Shown here piece by piece: positions 9,417 through 19,002 of a DNA stretch of 57,831 nucleotides. Numbering within the stretch: the stretch's first letter is position 1; the number at the start of each line of letters is the position of its first letter. Source of the stretch: a virus (Duplodnaviria > Caudoviricetes); the IMG/VR virus record IMGVR_UViG_3300006789_000027, positions 1 to 57,831 of that record; one strand, given 5' to 3'. The position numbers and the translations under genes were made by a program. A model generated the notes under the pieces. That model had not been told where the DNA came from. It saw nothing but the letters and a program-made list of their open reading frames with translations, and made no database searches.

Positions 9417-10007
9417 ATGAATTTTAACACGGTAAAAGAATTTGAGAATACCATAGCAGAGTTCTACGGAGCTCCTTATGGAGTTGCTGTAGATTGCTGC
9501 ACTCATGGAGTAGAACTAGCTCTGCGATATACCTGTGCAGAGTCAATTACAGTCCCAACTAGAACCTATATTTCTATTCCTTTTCTAGCTAATAAACTAG
9601 GAATAGAGTTGCAGTGGACAACAAAGGAGTGGGAAGACTACTATTATTTAACGCCTGAAGTTATAGATGCAGCTGTATTGTGGACTAGAAATAGCTATAT
9701 TCCTGGAACCTATATGTGCTTAAGTTTTCAATTCCAGAAACATTTAAGTTTAGGGAGAGGAGGTATGATCCTAACAGATAACGAATCTGCCGCTTTAAAT
9801 CTTAAAAAGATGTCTTATGACGGCAGACTTCCCGATAAGCCCTGGAGAAATCAAGATATTAGTAGTATGGGATATCATTATTACATGACTCCTGAGACTG
9901 CACAGAACGGATTAGATAAGTTTGAAGAGGCGAAAAATAGAAATCCTCGCCAATGGAAATGGAAAGACTGGCCTGATCTAAGAAATATGAAAATATTTAA
10001 CACCTAG
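9417..10007 (+). CDS. DegT/DnrJ/EryC1-family sugar aminotransferase (short form)
   Basis: FE..IAE..G..YGVAVDCCT, IDAA, SFQFQKHLSLGRGG, GYHYYM. Confidence 0.75.
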   Translation: MNFNTVKEFENTIAEFYGAPYGVAVDCCTHGVELALRYTCAESITVPTRTYISIPFLANKLGIELQWTTKEWEDYYYLTPEVIDAAVLWTRNSYIPGTYMCLSFQFQKHLSLGRGGMILTDNESAALNLKKMSYDGRLPDKPWRNQDISSMGYHYYMTPETAQNGLDKFEEAKNRNPRQWKWKDWPDLRNMKIFNT

Positions 10008-10021
10008 GACTATTATAGAAC

Positions 10022-10984
10022 ATGCAAAAAGTAGCGTTAATTACAGGAATCTCTGGGCAGGACGGAAGTTATCTATCAGAGTACCTTCTCTCGAAAGGGT
10101 ATGAAGTACATGGTATCGTTCGTCGCAACTCAGTAGCGGAAAATCAAGACAGTAGGATTGCTCATCTGGACGTAACTTGTCACTACGGAGACTTGTCAGA
10201 CATTCACTCCCTGCATAGAATTGTATCAGAGGTAAAGCCCGATGAAGTTTATAACCTTGGAGCCCAAAGCCATGTAAGAGTTAGCTTTGATGTCCCCGCA
10301 TTCACAATCCAGACGAATGCTATTGGCGTTTTGAATATTCTTGAGGTTTGCCGCATTCATGTTCCCAATGTAAAGTTTTATCAGGCTAGTTCCTCTGAGA
10401 TGTTTGGAAACTCTGTTGATGAGGATGGTTACCAAAGAAAGACTACCCCCATGATGCCCACTTCTCCGTATGGCTGTGCAAAAGTAATGGGGTACAATTT
10501 GGTTCGTCACTATAGAGCAGCGTATAATATGCACACTTGTAACGGCATTCTTTTTAATCACGAGTCCCCTCGTAGAGGATCAAACTTTGTCACTAATAAG
10601 ATTGTAAAAGGAGCAATTGAAATTAAAAAAGGTATTAGAGATACTTTAGCTTTGGGAAATTTAGATGCGTCTAGAGATTGGGGTCACTCTAAAGATTATG
10701 TAAGAGCCATGCATTTAATTAGTAATCATTCAGAGGCTTCTGATTGGGTGGTTGCCACGGGGGAAAGTAGAACTATTAGGGAGATGTGCGATGTAACCTT
10801 TTCATTGTTAGGTTTAAACTATAAAGATTATGTTACGGTAGATCCTAGGTTTTTTAGACCTCAAGAATTAGATTTTCTAAAAGGAGATTCTTCGGAAATC
10901 AGGAAAAAACTAAATTGGAAACCTAAGTACACATTCGAAGGTATGGTTTCGGAAATGGTTGATCATTGGATGAATATACTGTAA
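10022..10984 (+). CDS. gmd: GDP-mannose 4,6-dehydratase
   Basis: ALITGISGQDGSYL, NLGAQSHVRVSF, YQASSSEMFG, SPYGCAK, GILFNHESPRRG, RDWGH. Confidence 0.95.
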   Translation: MQKVALITGISGQDGSYLSEYLLSKGYEVHGIVRRNSVAENQDSRIAHLDVTCHYGDLSDIHSLHRIVSEVKPDEVYNLGAQSHVRVSFDVPAFTIQTNAIGVLNILEVCRIHVPNVKFYQASSSEMFGNSVDEDGYQRKTTPMMPTSPYGCAKVMGYNLVRHYRAAYNMHTCNGILFNHESPRRGSNFVTNKIVKGAIEIKKGIRDTLALGNLDASRDWGHSKDYVRAMHLISNHSEASDWVVATGESRTIREMCDVTFSLLGLNYKDYVTVDPRFFRPQELDFLKGDSSEIRKKLNWKPKYTFEGMVSEMVDHWMNIL

Positions 10985-11057
10985 GTATTCTTTTCAAAAA
11001 GGAATAGGAATTACATATAATTGTATAAAATCTCAAGTAAAAGTACTTTAATATAGT

Positions 11058-12023
11058 ATGAGCATCTTAGATGATATTTGTAAGGATTTAGAGAACGCTT
11101 CGGTGCTCTCAAAAGAAAGCCAAATTTTTGGTTACGTGGACTCAGGTTCCTATGCCCTTAACAAAGTAATTTCGGGAGATTACAACGGAGGATATCCTAT
11201 TGGGGGTATTACAGAGATTTTCGGAGAAAGTAGTACGGCAAAAACCGTATTCCTCACCCACGCTTTTATTGGAGCCCAAAAGAAAGGTTATTATACCGTA
11301 ATGGTAGACAATGAGCATGCGTACTCTCCAGACTTCGCAGAGAAACTTGGGTTAGATACGAGCAAATTAATCTACGCAGAACCCGAATCATTAGAGGATT
11401 GTTTTGAGTTTATTGAAAAATCAATTTTGGCAATTCGCAAGAAAGACCCTAAAACCCCAATTCTCGTAGGGTATGATTCTATTGGAACATCCCCTACCAA
11501 TAAAGAGCTTTCAGATGGTTTTGGAAAGAACTCTGAGATGGGAGGAGCCCTCAGAGCTAAAGTAGCAGGGCAATGCCTAAGAAGAATTAATACTTTGCTA
11601 AGAAAGCATAAAGCAGGTTTAATCATTATTAACCAGATTAGAAGCAAGGTGGGAGTAATGTTTGGGGACCCTCGTACCAAGGCAGGAGGAGGCAAGGCAC
11701 TTCTTTACTATTGTGGAACCGCGTTAGAAACAGCATCGAGTAAGAGCGACCAAATGTTTGATGACCGTAAAAACCCTCTAGGTATTACAGGAACTATCAA
11801 GGCTGTAAAAAATAAAATAACAAAACCGTTCCAAACCTGTGAATTTAAGCTTTTATATGATGAAGGTTTAGTTTCCGAGCACGGACTAACCGAGTCCTAT
11901 TATAAAGATGGACTTGCGACTAAGCCAACACAGGGATGGTTCTCTATTGATGAGGGTAAGACCAAGCATCGAAAGGGAGACCTAGACAGAAAAATCGCAG
12001 ACAAACTAGAAGATGGACAATAG
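11058..12023 (+). CDS. uvsX: RecA/UvsX recombinase
   Basis: DSGSYALN, GGYPIGGITEIFGESSTAKT (variant Walker A), YDSI, INQIR.KVGVMFGDP..AGGGKAL. Confidence 0.9.
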   Translation: MSILDDICKDLENASVLSKESQIFGYVDSGSYALNKVISGDYNGGYPIGGITEIFGESSTAKTVFLTHAFIGAQKKGYYTVMVDNEHAYSPDFAEKLGLDTSKLIYAEPESLEDCFEFIEKSILAIRKKDPKTPILVGYDSIGTSPTNKELSDGFGKNSEMGGALRAKVAGQCLRRINTLLRKHKAGLIIINQIRSKVGVMFGDPRTKAGGGKALLYYCGTALETASSKSDQMFDDRKNPLGITGTIKAVKNKITKPFQTCEFKLLYDEGLVSEHGLTESYYKDGLATKPTQGWFSIDEGKTKHRKGDLDRKIADKLEDGQ

Positions 12024-12279
12024 CACGTTTTATATGATTATGGGAGCATTCATTGGAATCTCTCTATACCAGGTATACCAACATATTTCTTTTTTAAGGT
12101 CGGAAGGAAAACGTAAAAAAGAAGAGGATGCAAAGCAGAGAGAGCTTGTTATTTTAAGACTTAGCTCTGAAGTAAAAGCTGTAAAAAGCCTTTTGGGTGA
12201 GATGCAGAAAGAAAGAGAGTTGGAAGAAGTTCGATTATTAACAGAAGGATTAAAACATGCCGAGAGTAACATCTCTTAA
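12013..12279 (+). CDS. Small membrane-anchored coiled-coil protein
   Basis: N-terminal hydrophobic helix; overlaps both neighbours. Confidence 0.55.
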   Translation: MDNSTFYMIMGAFIGISLYQVYQHISFLRSEGKRKKEEDAKQRELVILRLSSEVKAVKSLLGEMQKERELEEVRLLTEGLKHAESNIS

Positions 12280-12682
12280 TAAGTTCGCTGATTCTCGAGG
12301 ATGGAGTTTAAATGACATTTATGCTCAGATTCCATTAACAAGCAGACAGCAAGTAAATTTTTCTATCTTGTATCCGGGAATTGTAAAAGCCTGGCACAGA
12401 CATAAACATCAAGATGATTATTTTTGTGTTCTTACAGGCATGGCTCAGGTAGGAGTTTACTCTGATGAAAATGGAGCCGAAAAATTTTTCATAGGAGAGC
12501 ATAACCCTGCAGTTATTCATATTAAGGCAGGAGAATGGCATGGACTTACCGCCATAGGAGATAAGCCTGTAGGTTTGCTTTATATGGTTACTAAGGACTA
12601 TAACCCTAATGAGCCAGATGAAGAAAGAGCTGGACATTTAAGTTTTGTGGATGATGAGTGGTGGAAACCGGAGAATAAGTGA
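12257..12682 (+). CDS. rmlC: dTDP-4-dehydrorhamnose 3,5-epimerase family cupin
   Basis: DSRG, PGIVKAWHRH, WHG, Y.VTKDYNP. Confidence 0.8.
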   Translation: MPRVTSLNKFADSRGWSLNDIYAQIPLTSRQQVNFSILYPGIVKAWHRHKHQDDYFCVLTGMAQVGVYSDENGAEKFFIGEHNPAVIHIKAGEWHGLTAIGDKPVGLLYMVTKDYNPNEPDEERAGHLSFVDDEWWKPENK

Positions 12683-12897
12683 TGATTGAATCGTTTTTGG
12701 GGTTTGTTATTTTTATAGGGATTATTGCCTATTTTGTATGGGGATTTTTCTTAGGGCCTTTGCTTCTTATTACAGGGAAATTAGACCCTCCCCCTGAGGA
12801 AAAGAATAAAGCAGTTAAGCCGAAAGCTAAAGAGTACAAAATTAAGGGTCACGTTGTGCCTATACGTTCTGAATATGACCCAGAATACGAATTATAA
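12682..12897 (+). CDS. Small membrane protein
   Basis: Hydrophobic N-terminal half; packed in the operon. Confidence 0.5.
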   Translation: MIESFLGFVIFIGIIAYFVWGFFLGPLLLITGKLDPPPEEKNKAVKPKAKEYKIKGHVVPIRSEYDPEYEL

Positions 12898-13070
12898 TGG
12901 GACGTATTAAAGAATCAGATAAGTATGAGTGGCACGGAGTAAAATGTGCCGGTTGTGGGGAGAGGCAAACTATTCGATTAGGCATAGGAACCATTTTAAC
13001 TTCTGACAGGTTTAATGATCGTCACGAGTATATTTGCCCGAAATGCAAAAAAGGAAAAAAGGGTAAGTGA
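12897..13070 (+). CDS. 57-aa zinc-ribbon protein (not in ORF track)
   Basis: Hand translation MGRIKESDKYEWHGVKCAGC...YICPKCKKGKKGK; TAATG overlap with the upstream stop. Confidence 0.65.
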   Translation: MGRIKESDKYEWHGVKCAGCGERQTIRLGIGTILTSDRFNDRHEYICPKCKKGKKGK

Positions 13071-13092
13071 AAGGGTATATAAAAGGAATACT

Positions 13093-13599
13093 ATGCATCT
13101 CTTCAATTCACAATACGAATCTTCCATGGACGCTTTCGACTTTGACAAGGAGTTTAGGCTCTTTGCAGAGGCTAAAATGGAAACTGAGAGTGGACGATTT
13201 GTCGGATACTCGGACGCTAAAATCATGGAAGTACTTAGAGAAGAATTCTCTATGTTTAAAAATGCTTCTCCTAATAAAGAAGGAGAGGCTGAAGCTAAAA
13301 AATCCAAGATTCCATCCTTTAAGTCTATCGGACAAGCCCTAAAGACCTCCAACTACGGTCAAATTTTTACTACTCCGCAGTCTGATAGGATTTATGTAAT
13401 CACCAAGGGTACTTGGGGAGAGAAGTCTACCGATAAAGTAGTAAAAGGATTCCCTCTTAGTACAGACATGGCAAAAATCAAGAAGTATTCCAAGAGAACA
13501 AAAGTAAAGCATGGAGGTTCTTCTCCCGAAAGCCTCTCTAAAGACGAAGTAACCCCTTCAATCTTGAAGAAACGGTCAATCAAGCCCACCGACACATAA
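13093..13599 (+). CDS. Hypothetical protein, probably late
   Basis: ORF-track frame; start moved downstream of a TATATAAA element at about 13076. Confidence 0.55.
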   Translation: MHLFNSQYESSMDAFDFDKEFRLFAEAKMETESGRFVGYSDAKIMEVLREEFSMFKNASPNKEGEAEAKKSKIPSFKSIGQALKTSNYGQIFTTPQSDRIYVITKGTWGEKSTDKVVKGFPLSTDMAKIKKYSKRTKVKHGGSSPESLSKDEVTPSILKKRSIKPTDT

Positions 13600-13601
13600 T
13601 T

Positions 13602-13823
13602 ATGGTATCCAGCAGACAACGTAGAGCAAACAGAATTGCAACCCTTGCCGCAGAACGAGCAGAACGAGCAGAACGAGCAGAGCTTGAAGGCGTAGAAGGG
13701 GTAGAAGAAAAGCCTAAGGCTAAAAAGGCTAAAAAGGCTAAAGCTAAAAAAGCTTCTAAGCCGAAAGAGGAAGAGAAGTCGATGAGAGAAAAATTCTCTG
13801 AGATTTTCAAGAAAGATAAGTAA
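13602..13823 (+). CDS. Small Lys/Ala/Glu-rich protein
   Basis: AER x3 and KAKKAKKAKAKK low-complexity tracts, histone-H1-like. Confidence 0.55.
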   Translation: MVSSRQRRANRIATLAAERAERAERAELEGVEGVEEKPKAKKAKKAKAKKASKPKEEEKSMREKFSEIFKKDK

Positions 13824-14164
13824 TGGCAACAACCTATCATCCTCGCAAACCTTATTTCTCCCCTAATAGGATTCAGCTTGTAGGGAAGGAAATTATTCGT
13901 GATTGTGCGGAGGATAGAGTTCGTGCGTTGGAGGCTTTTGATTATTATAAAGGGATGGTGGACGCCAACCCAGAGGATGATAAATCAAAGTCCGAAATGA
14001 TCAAAGCTCTAGAGCTGTCTATGGAAGCTAACAACCGAAAAATTAAAATGTTAGACACTATGGTAAAGCTCGCAATCCACCGAGATAAGACTCAGCCAGC
14101 GAAAGCTACGGAAAAAGAGCTAGACAAGTTATCTTTTGAGGATTTTAATCAAGTAAAGAAGTGA
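13823..14164 (+). CDS. Helical hypothetical protein (possibly terminase small subunit-like)
   Basis: Predicted helical ORF; the function is only a guess. Confidence 0.45.
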   Translation: MATTYHPRKPYFSPNRIQLVGKEIIRDCAEDRVRALEAFDYYKGMVDANPEDDKSKSEMIKALELSMEANNRKIKMLDTMVKLAIHRDKTQPAKATEKELDKLSFEDFNQVKK

Positions 14165-14197
14165 TATTTGTTCATCGGTTGAGTCTTTAATATAATA

Positions 14198-15436
14198 ATG
14201 ACTACCGATCACTACATCGTCTATAGCCAAGTCCTTGACTGCTTCGTAAAAGTACGCAGATTACAACCTGAGGATATTGGAAGTATTTTTGAAGCTCTGG
14301 ACAAGAAGCTTGAGAATCCTAATTTCTCAATCAATGGTCTTGTTCGGCTAATTGTAAAAAAATGCGTGGTTGGATTCGAAGCCATGCAAAAGAAGTACGG
14401 GGACGTTTCCGTATTTAACGAGGCTGTCTACGAAGCCGTTACAGAGGTGTATCCAATGCTTACCGCCGACACCGCATGTAGTCACTATAATATCGTAGAG
14501 GGTGAGGAGGAAGAAGAGATGGGGCTATTAAAGCCATATAATATGAAAGAGCTTATTTCCATCAAACAAAAGATTTCGAAAAATATTATAGGGCAAGACC
14601 AAGCTATTAATGAAATGTTTGAAACGTTCAAGCTGTTAAACTCGGGATTTGAATCCTTTGCATCCTTATTCTTCATCGGAACAACCGGAGTAGGAAAAAC
14701 AGAGCTGGCTCGTCAAACCGCTGAGCATTACCTAAAGAACCCTAAAAGGCTTTTAAAGATTAATTGTGCGGAATACGCAGGAAACCATGAATACGCTAAA
14801 CTCATCGGCAGTCCCCCTGGATATATTGGCTCCAACGAGAAAGGTATTCTTACAGAAAGAGCAGAGGAGTCATCCCAGTGGGTTATCCTGTTTGATGAGA
14901 TTGAAAAAGCTAGTGATAAGCTCCATAATCTTCTTTTGGGTCTCCTAGACGAAGGAACCATAATGGACAATAGAGGAGCCGTATTAGATTTTTCTAACTC
15001 TATAATCTTGTTTACCAGTAATGTAGGAGTAAAAGATTCCGTTAACAAGACCGCAATTGGATTTGGGGAAGATGCCGACACCTCTTTTGCTGTAGTAAGG
15101 CAGGAGATTACGAGTGCATTCAAGAAAGAATTTCCTCCAGAATTTATTAATCGTATTGACAGTGTAGTATACTTTAATCAGTTAACGCCTGAGGATGCGG
15201 CAGTTATTGCAAAGCTAAATCTTCGCAAATTACCTATCAATATTACAAAAAAGCTCGTTACCTACGTAGTAGATAATGCGTACTCTGCGGAGTTTGGAGC
15301 AAGAAACATTAAACGCTTTATTAAAAAGAATGTTACTCTGAAATTGGCAGATAAAATTCTTGAGGGAAGCACTTGTGCTAAATTCAAAGCAATCTTTAAA
15401 GATAGCACATTTACCATAGAAGAAACTAAAAAATGA
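14198..15436 (+). CDS. ClpA/B-type AAA+ ATPase, D2 module only
   Basis: IIGQDQAI, GTTGVGKTE, LIGSPPGYIG, LFDEIEKA, FPPEFINRID, FGARNIKR. Confidence 0.85.
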   Translation: MTTDHYIVYSQVLDCFVKVRRLQPEDIGSIFEALDKKLENPNFSINGLVRLIVKKCVVGFEAMQKKYGDVSVFNEAVYEAVTEVYPMLTADTACSHYNIVEGEEEEEMGLLKPYNMKELISIKQKISKNIIGQDQAINEMFETFKLLNSGFESFASLFFIGTTGVGKTELARQTAEHYLKNPKRLLKINCAEYAGNHEYAKLIGSPPGYIGSNEKGILTERAEESSQWVILFDEIEKASDKLHNLLLGLLDEGTIMDNRGAVLDFSNSIILFTSNVGVKDSVNKTAIGFGEDADTSFAVVRQEITSAFKKEFPPEFINRIDSVVYFNQLTPEDAAVIAKLNLRKLPINITKKLVTYVVDNAYSAEFGARNIKRFIKKNVTLKLADKILEGSTCAKFKAIFKDSTFTIEETKK

Positions 15437-15696
15437 AAAGTTTAAATTTTACTTGGGGTAACGTAATCACGATAATTATTACGCTATTTGCTGCAGGAAC
15501 CGCATGGGGAATATCGAACTCTCAAATCAAAGCAAATGAAGAGAAGATAGAGGCTGTGAGAATTGAGTTTAGTTCGAATGAGAAAGATATTAAAGGTATG
15601 CTAGAGGATATCGAAACGAATATTTCGATTTTGAATATTAAAATGGCTGAAGTAGCAAAAGATATTCAATGGATTAAAGAAAATTCAGATAATTAA
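15433..15696 (+). CDS. Small single-TM coiled-coil protein (holin/XhlA-like architecture)
   Basis: N-terminal TM segment followed by heptad repeats. Confidence 0.45.
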   Translation: MKSLNFTWGNVITIIITLFAAGTAWGISNSQIKANEEKIEAVRIEFSSNEKDIKGMLEDIETNISILNIKMAEVAKDIQWIKENSDN

Positions 15697-15728
15697 ACAC
15701 TTCTTAAATCCTGGCACTATAATAGCTT

Positions 15729-16463
15729 ATGAAAGGAGTAATTCTTTGTGGAGGAAAAGGAAGCCGTCTTTACCCCCTAACATATTCAAACAATAAGCAC
15801 CTTCTTCCGGTATACGATAAGCCGATGGTGTATTACCCAATCAAAACTCTTGTTGATGCAGGTATTAAAGATATCCTTATTGTATTTTCAAACCATATGG
15901 AAGGGTTTATTAAAACTCTGAAGAATGGGGAAGATTTTGGGTTAGACTCCTTAAGTTATGCGTACCAAGAAGGTGATGGGGGGATTGCAGACGCATTATC
16001 AAAAGCCAAAGCATTTGTGGGGGAAGACAAATGTGCCGTAGTACTAGGGGATAATTTGATTTTTGATGATATATCCTCCGCAGTAAAAGAGTTTGAAACT
16101 TTTGGAGGGGCAATGATTTTTACTAAGAGCGTATCTGACCCTGAAAGATTTGGAGTAGTGGAGTATGACCCTGTAGGAGATGGGGTTAAGGACATTATTG
16201 AAAAGCCTGAAGTTGCCCCTTCCAACGATGCAGTTATAGGGTTGTATTTTTATGACACTACAGTATTTGATAGAATTTCAGAACTATCACCGTCCGAGAG
16301 AGATGAGTTAGAGGTTACTGACCTTAACAGAAAATATCTCGAGGATGAAGCTTTGAGCGTAAAGAAAATTCACGGAACCTGGATAGATTGTGGAACCCCC
16401 GAATCTCTTTATAAAGCTTCTAGACTAATGTTTGAAGAGCAAAATGTTAACCTAACTGTATAA
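15729..16463 (+). CDS. rmlA: Glucose-1-phosphate thymidylyltransferase
   Basis: GVILCGGKGSRLYPLT..NKHLLPVYDKPM, LGDN, EKP, ELEVTD, WIDCGT. Confidence 0.95.
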   Translation: MKGVILCGGKGSRLYPLTYSNNKHLLPVYDKPMVYYPIKTLVDAGIKDILIVFSNHMEGFIKTLKNGEDFGLDSLSYAYQEGDGGIADALSKAKAFVGEDKCAVVLGDNLIFDDISSAVKEFETFGGAMIFTKSVSDPERFGVVEYDPVGDGVKDIIEKPEVAPSNDAVIGLYFYDTTVFDRISELSPSERDELEVTDLNRKYLEDEALSVKKIHGTWIDCGTPESLYKASRLMFEEQNVNLTV

Positions 16464-17425
16464 TGACCCAAGATATTATTGTTGTAACTGGAGGAGCCGG
16501 TTTTATAGGCTCTAGATTTATTAAATACGTTTTCGATACCACGAAAAGCGATATCGTCTGTGTAGACAAAATGACCTATGCTGCTGACAGAGATAGAATT
16601 GAAGACTATATTTGGCAAGATGATAGATTTTCTTTTATTCAGAAAGATATCTGTGATTTAAAATTGAAAGATTTGCCAAAAGATTTCACGCATCTCGTGA
16701 ACTTTGCAGCAGAGTCTCATGTGGATAATTCGATTGAAGATGGCAGTCCTTTTCTAAAAAGTAATTTTGAAGGAGTGTATAACCTTATTCAAGTAGTATT
16801 GAAAAGAGGTTTAAAAGGTTTTGAACGTTTTGTACAGATTTCTACGGATGAAGTTTACGGAGATATGAAAACTGTAAAGAAGTATGGGGCAAGTGAGAGC
16901 CATGTTTTAAAGCCTAGCTCTTTCTACTCCTCCACGAAAGCTTCTGCAGAAATGCTTGTAATGTCGGCATACAAAACATATGGAGTTCCATATTTGATTA
17001 CCCGAAGCTGTAATAACTTCGGACCAAATCAACACGAAGAAAAATTTCTCCCTAAGCTGTTCAAATCTATTAGTGAAGGGGATAAAGTTCCAGTTTATGG
17101 AGATGGTCACCAGGTACGAGAATGGATGCACGTAGATGATAACGTTCGTCTCGTTCATACCCTAATGAATAGCAACGGAAAGACTGATGTTGTAAATATC
17201 GGTTCTGGTTTTGGATATACAAATTTAGAGATTATAGAATTGGCATCCAAAGCCCTTGGCAAAAAGGTTAAGGTAAAGCACGTTAAAGATAGACGAGGTC
17301 ATGATAGAGTATATCAGCTAGATTGTGAATACCTAAAAGAGCGTGTTGGTGACTATATGTTCCTATGTTTGGAAGGATTTTTTAAAGATGAAGTTAGACG
17401 GATTGACTGTATTGTTGACAGGTAG
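16463..17425 (+). CDS. rmlB: dTDP-glucose 4,6-dehydratase
   Basis: VTGGAGFIGS, NFAAESHVDNSI, ISTDEVYG, YSSTK, NNFGPNQHEEK. Confidence 0.95.
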   Translation: MTQDIIVVTGGAGFIGSRFIKYVFDTTKSDIVCVDKMTYAADRDRIEDYIWQDDRFSFIQKDICDLKLKDLPKDFTHLVNFAAESHVDNSIEDGSPFLKSNFEGVYNLIQVVLKRGLKGFERFVQISTDEVYGDMKTVKKYGASESHVLKPSSFYSSTKASAEMLVMSAYKTYGVPYLITRSCNNFGPNQHEEKFLPKLFKSISEGDKVPVYGDGHQVREWMHVDDNVRLVHTLMNSNGKTDVVNIGSGFGYTNLEIIELASKALGKKVKVKHVKDRRGHDRVYQLDCEYLKERVGDYMFLCLEGFFKDEVRRIDCIVDR

Positions 17426-18122
17426 CAATGGAACTCTAGGAAAAGAGCTTGTTCCACTGCTAAGAGCCAAAGGGGCAAAATTATTGCTTCCTTCACATAA
17501 AGACTTTCCTGTAGAGGATATTCTTAGGGTTAATGAATATGCCAGAGAGAATCGATTTGATGTAATTATTCATGCTGCCGCTTGGACAGATGTTCCGGGA
17601 GCAGAGAAAAAGAAGAATTATCAAAAAGTAATAGACGTTAATATTAATGGAACCTGCAATATGAAGTATATCGCAGGAATTCATGAAGCCAAGCTAATTT
17701 ATATTTCCACTGATTATGTGTATCCTGGAATTAATGGATGTTATGATGTAAAAGATGCTGCTAAACCTACCACCTTTTACGGGTTTACAAAGCTGGCAGG
17801 AGAGAGTTATGTGGATATTAAGAAGGATATGGTTATTAGAACTTCCTTTATAAAGAGAGGAACATGGGGACCTGCGAGAAAGCAACTTCAGGCAGTATTT
17901 GATGATGTATACACCTCCAAAGATTGGGTGGACATTATAGCCGAAAAAATCATTCAGCTAATATCAAAGAAAAAGAAAGGTCTTTTTAACGTAGGAACTA
18001 GCAGAAAAAGTCTTGTAACCCTCGCAGAAGCTGAATATCCTGAAGTATCTAAGATTCTAGCAGCCGATTTGAATTTAGGTTACGAATATCCGTTGGATAC
18101 CTCCATGAAATCCTCTATATAA
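17388..18122 (+). CDS. rmlD: dTDP-4-dehydrorhamnose reductase
   Basis: LTGSNGTLG, HAAAWTDV, ISTDYVY, YGFTKLAGE. Start moved to ATG 17388. Confidence 0.85.
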   Translation: MKLDGLTVLLTGSNGTLGKELVPLLRAKGAKLLLPSHKDFPVEDILRVNEYARENRFDVIIHAAAWTDVPGAEKKKNYQKVIDVNINGTCNMKYIAGIHEAKLIYISTDYVYPGINGCYDVKDAAKPTTFYGFTKLAGESYVDIKKDMVIRTSFIKRGTWGPARKQLQAVFDDVYTSKDWVDIIAEKIIQLISKKKKGLFNVGTSRKSLVTLAEAEYPEVSKILAADLNLGYEYPLDTSMKSSI

Positions 18123-18138
18123 AACGAGGTTATAACTA

Positions 18139-18567
18139 ATGGCATTACCAACATATTCAGGAGGACACGGCAGAGCCGGAGGTCCTAGTACCCAACACCA
18201 GAAAGAATACTTGAGCATGGAAGTTAATTCTGCATCAGGAACCGCCGCAGGAAATATCATTCAGATTGATCCTGAATCTGACGAGCATGTTTGCATGTGG
18301 GGAGGGTCTTTCTCTTTTGCCGGGAATCCATCAACCGCCGATACAAGTGTTACATATTCTGTCAGCGGACTTACAGAGGGAGTTGTATATCAGGATAAAA
18401 TCGGGGCTACTTCCACTTTGAAAGGAAATCCGGGAGTTATGAATAATTTTACATTGCCTATGCCTGTAAAATTCAGCAAAGGTGACTCTGTAGCTGTAAA
18501 TGTATCCGATATTACGGCGGGAAGTGAGTTTTATGCTAATTTTCACTACACAGTTGTTAAGGGGTAA
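18139..18567 (+). CDS. Putative virion protein (paralog 1)
   Basis: Ser/Thr/Gly-rich; begins MALPTYSGG like the next gene; TATATAAA upstream. Confidence 0.55.
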   Translation: MALPTYSGGHGRAGGPSTQHQKEYLSMEVNSASGTAAGNIIQIDPESDEHVCMWGGSFSFAGNPSTADTSVTYSVSGLTEGVVYQDKIGATSTLKGNPGVMNNFTLPMPVKFSKGDSVAVNVSDITAGSEFYANFHYTVVKG

Positions 18568-18573
18568 TAAATA

Positions 18574-19002
18574 ATGGCATTACCAACATACTCAGGAGGG
18601 AATACTTTTGCAGGAAAAACCTCTACAGCAAGAATTAGGGAGTTTAAATCTTTAACCTGTGTAAACTACGTCAAGACTACAGGCTCCGAAAACGACGATG
18701 AAATCATTGCCGCTCCAGCAAGCGGAAAAACAATTAATGTGTGGGCTCTACACGTAGGGTATACTTCCACTGCGGCTACTGCAGGGGTATGGTATGCTTT
18801 GCATGATGATGGAAGGTCTAAAGATTTTCATATAGGAAGCATGAGAAGCCACAGTACTACTAACATTGGAAATTCCGATTGGACCGTGCTAGATATGCCT
18901 ATCTCTGTAGGAGATGCCGAACCGCTAAACATTACATTTGGCACCGATTCAGGAAATAGAGTTATTAGCATAAACGTTTTTTATACTGTAGACAATGTCT
19001 GA
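18574..19002 (+). CDS. Putative virion protein (paralog 2)
   Basis: Same length (142 aa) and same MALPTYSGG start as the upstream gene. Confidence 0.55.
   Translation: MALPTYSGGNTFAGKTSTARIREFKSLTCVNYVKTTGSENDDEIIAAPASGKTINVWALHVGYTSTAATAGVWYALHDDGRSKDFHIGSMRSHSTTNIGNSDWTVLDMPISVGDAEPLNITFGTDSGNRVISINVFYTVDNV

Noticed and set aside
1-18122. Bacterial polysaccharide island or prophage-host junction
   Set aside because: Sugar genes are interleaved with uvsX and phage-type small genes and share phage promoter motifs; no integrase, att site or housekeeping operon.
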